This document shows, one piece after another, positions 22,577 through 24,386 of a stretch of 24,386 bases of DNA (positions are counted from its first letter, which is position 1; every line of letters begins with the position of its first letter). The stretch is from IMG/VR virus record IMGVR_UViG_3300036790_000144, positions 1 through 24,386 of that record; one strand, given 5' to 3'. Both the position numbers and the translations under genes were made by a program. Source of the stretch: a virus (taxonomy: Duplodnaviria > Caudoviricetes). Below the pieces are notes generated by a model, which did not search any database, was not told the DNA's origin, and saw nothing but the letters and a program-made list of their open reading frames with translations.

Positions 22577-24386
22577 ATGGCGCGCCTCGACGTCGAGCAA
22601 TATCCATCGGTGGCGCCGACCGGCGCGCCCGGCGACGATTACCAGCACATCCAGACCTCGCCGGAGATGTTCGGCGGCGCGATCGCGCGCGGCGAGGAGA
22701 AGCTCGGCCAGGGCGTCGAGAACGTCGGCGAGGCCGGTCTCGAGACGCTGACCGCGCGGCAGGGGATGCTCAACGAGGTCCACGGCACCGAGATTGCCAA
22801 TTGGGCCGCGGACAGTCTCGGCAGCGCCTATGCTGATTTTTCGCAGCTGCAGGGCAAAGCGGCGCTAGACGGACTGCCGGCCTACCAGAAGCGACTCGAC
22901 GACATCCGGACGCAGGCGATGTCGCAGGCGCCGAGCCTGCAGGAAAGGGTGATGACGTCGCGCGCGCTGGAATATCTTGGCGGCCGTTACATCGGCATGG
23001 GCAGCTACTACGCCAAGACCCAGTTCACCGCCTACGCCAACAAGGTCGCGACCGACCAGCGTCAGAGTGCCGGCGCGCAGGCGCTGATCGCGGCTACGAC
23101 GGATGACCCGGACGCCGTCGGCCACATGAACGCGTCGCTCTATGCCAGCGACGACGCGGTGCGCAAATACGGCGAGCAGAGCCATTGGGACCAGGACACG
23201 ACCAATCAGGAGGTGGCGAAGAACCGCGGCGCCAACCTGAAGAGCATCGTCTCCGCGCTGGTCAACGACGGCAATCTCGACAAGGCCTCGATCATCTTCG
23301 GCGCCAACCGCGGCGCGATCGACGCGCAGAGCAATGCCGAGATCACGCGCATACTGAAGGCGCCGCTGACCGCGCGGCGGGTTTCGACGGCGGCGTCGCT
23401 CGCCACCGGCGCGCCGATCGACCCGTCGCACTTCGAGTGGACGGAAAAGTCCGCAGGGCTGCCGATCGGCTATATCGGCCGCACCATGACCGTCGAGAGC
23501 GGCATGGGTCACGTGCCCGATCGGCCAGGCAGCCAATATCAGGGCCCGGCGCAGTTCGGCGCCGCCGAGCGCGTGCAGTACGGCATCACCGATCCGCATT
23601 CGATCACGCAGAACGCGCAGGCGCTGGTGCAGGAGGCGGAGGCGAACGCGCCGCAGCTGACGAAGGTGCTCGGGCGGCCGCCGACGGCGGCGGAGCTCTA
23701 TCTCGCGCATCAGCAAGGTGCTGGCGGCGCGGTCGCGCAGCTGCGCAATCCCGACCGGCCGGCGTGGCAAAATCTAGCCGCAACGCCGGAGGGCCAGCGC
23801 AAGGGCGCCGCCTGGGCGCGTCAGGCCGTGTGGGGCAACATGCCCGCGAGCGCCAAGGCGCAATTCGGCTCGGTCGACAACGTAACCGGCGCCAATTTTG
23901 TCGGCGTCGTGAAAAACTTCTATGGCGCCGGCGGCGCCGCGGTCGCCGATACCGACGGCATCATCGATCGGCCGGCGGCGTACCAGCGCGCGCAAACGAT
24001 GTTCGGCGGCGATCCGATGTTCCAGCGCCAGGTCGAGAGCGAGATCGACCGCCGCTGGGGCGAGCAGCGCAAGACCTATGAGGAGCGCACCACCGCGATC
24101 TCGATGGCGATGCCGAACATCGTCTCGGCGATCGCCGACGGCCACCTCGAGGCCGAGAAGGACGTGCCACCGGATCTGGCGCTGCTCGGTCCCAAGGCGG
24201 CGACGGAGTGGCAGGAGAAAGTTTCCGCGGCGAAGGTGCTCGGCGCCCGCATCGGGCAGTTACCGATGGCGACGCCGGACCAGATCGGCGTCATGCGCGA
24301 TGAGCTCACGAACGGCATGGGCGAGACCTCGCCGCTCTACAAATACCAAAAGGATGCCGTCGCCGCTTACGACCACGCCGTCGCGG
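22577..24386 (+). CDS. Large internal virion (ejection) protein with lytic transglycosylase-like domain; runs off the 3' end and is absent from the ORF track
   Basis: TAAATG junction; MARLDVEQYPSVAP...; in-frame 'TMTVESG' (Glu codon 23495), 'QGPAQF' and 'ELYLAHQQGAGGA' (from 23693) are SLT-like motifs. Confidence 0.85.
   Translation, partial: MARLDVEQYPSVAPTGAPGDDYQHIQTSPEMFGGAIARGEEKLGQGVENVGEAGLETLTARQGMLNEVHGTEIANWAADSLGSAYADFSQLQGKAALDGLPAYQKRLDDIRTQAMSQAPSLQERVMTSRALEYLGGRYIGMGSYYAKTQFTAYANKVATDQRQSAGAQALIAATTDDPDAVGHMNASLYASDDAVRKYGEQSHWDQDTTNQEVAKNRGANLKSIVSALVNDGNLDKASIIFGANRGAIDAQSNAEITRILKAPLTARRVSTAASLATGAPIDPSHFEWTEKSAGLPIGYIGRTMTVESGMGHVPDRPGSQYQGPAQFGAAERVQYGITDPHSITQNAQALVQEAEANAPQLTKVLGRPPTAAELYLAHQQGAGGAVAQLRNPDRPAWQNLAATPEGQRKGAAWARQAVWGNMPASAKAQFGSVDNVTGANFVGVVKNFYGAGGAAVADTDGIIDRPAAYQRAQTMFGGDPMFQRQVESEIDRRWGEQRKTYEERTTAISMAMPNIVSAIADGHLEAEKDVPPDLALLGPKAATEWQEKVSAAKVLGARIGQLPMATPDQIGVMRDELTNGMGETSPLYKYQKDAVAAYDHAVA

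Larger units (their letters stand above)
1..24386 (+). mobile_element. Podovirus-type phage/prophage late (packaging, head, tail, ejection) region; both ends lie outside the window
   Basis: Co-oriented terS-terL-portal-scaffold-MCP-cement-adaptor-nozzle-internal virion genes, many with overlapping stop/start codons; no tape measure, sheath or long-tail tube genes seen. Confidence 0.95.

Noticed and set aside
1-24386. Diversity-generating retroelement as in BPP-1
   Set aside because: No reverse transcriptase and no repeat pair differing only at adenines seen; tail fibre genes are outside this window.

Overview
A high-GC window holding one continuous + strand late operon of a podovirus-type (short-tailed) phage or prophage, with BPP-1/T7-like morphogenesis gene order; an alphaproteobacterial host is likely but inferred only. 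Order: 5'-truncated putative late regulator, terminator, Cre-like tyrosine recombinase with an adjacent inverted-repeat site, TerS, TerL, a ~3 kb accessory block, portal, small ORFs, Bbp19-like protein, scaffold, major capsid (MCP), Bbp16-like cement protein, a cluster of small disordered proteins, staple-like protein, tail adaptor, tail nozzle, gp13-like and gp14-like proteins, and a 3'-truncated ejection protein with a lytic transglycosylase-like domain. I saw no tRNA, rRNA or CRISPR. Main observations: (1) an intact but internally trimmed second capsid gene (4013-4708) behind terL, bracketed by two copies of the terL 3' end; (2) a 72-aa ORF ending in the same TerL-tail motif (DYDP) and carrying a TerS-like 10-mer; (3) an 11-residue motif [TS]-[NDG]-x-x-R-x-x-x-R-Y-[GA] near the C-termini of the scaffold and four otherwise unrelated head-cluster proteins, a candidate capsid-docking or cargo-loading address; (4) a loxP/res-like site plus recombinase immediately upstream of the packaging genes. 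All family assignments come from motif recognition and synteny by eye; no searches were run.
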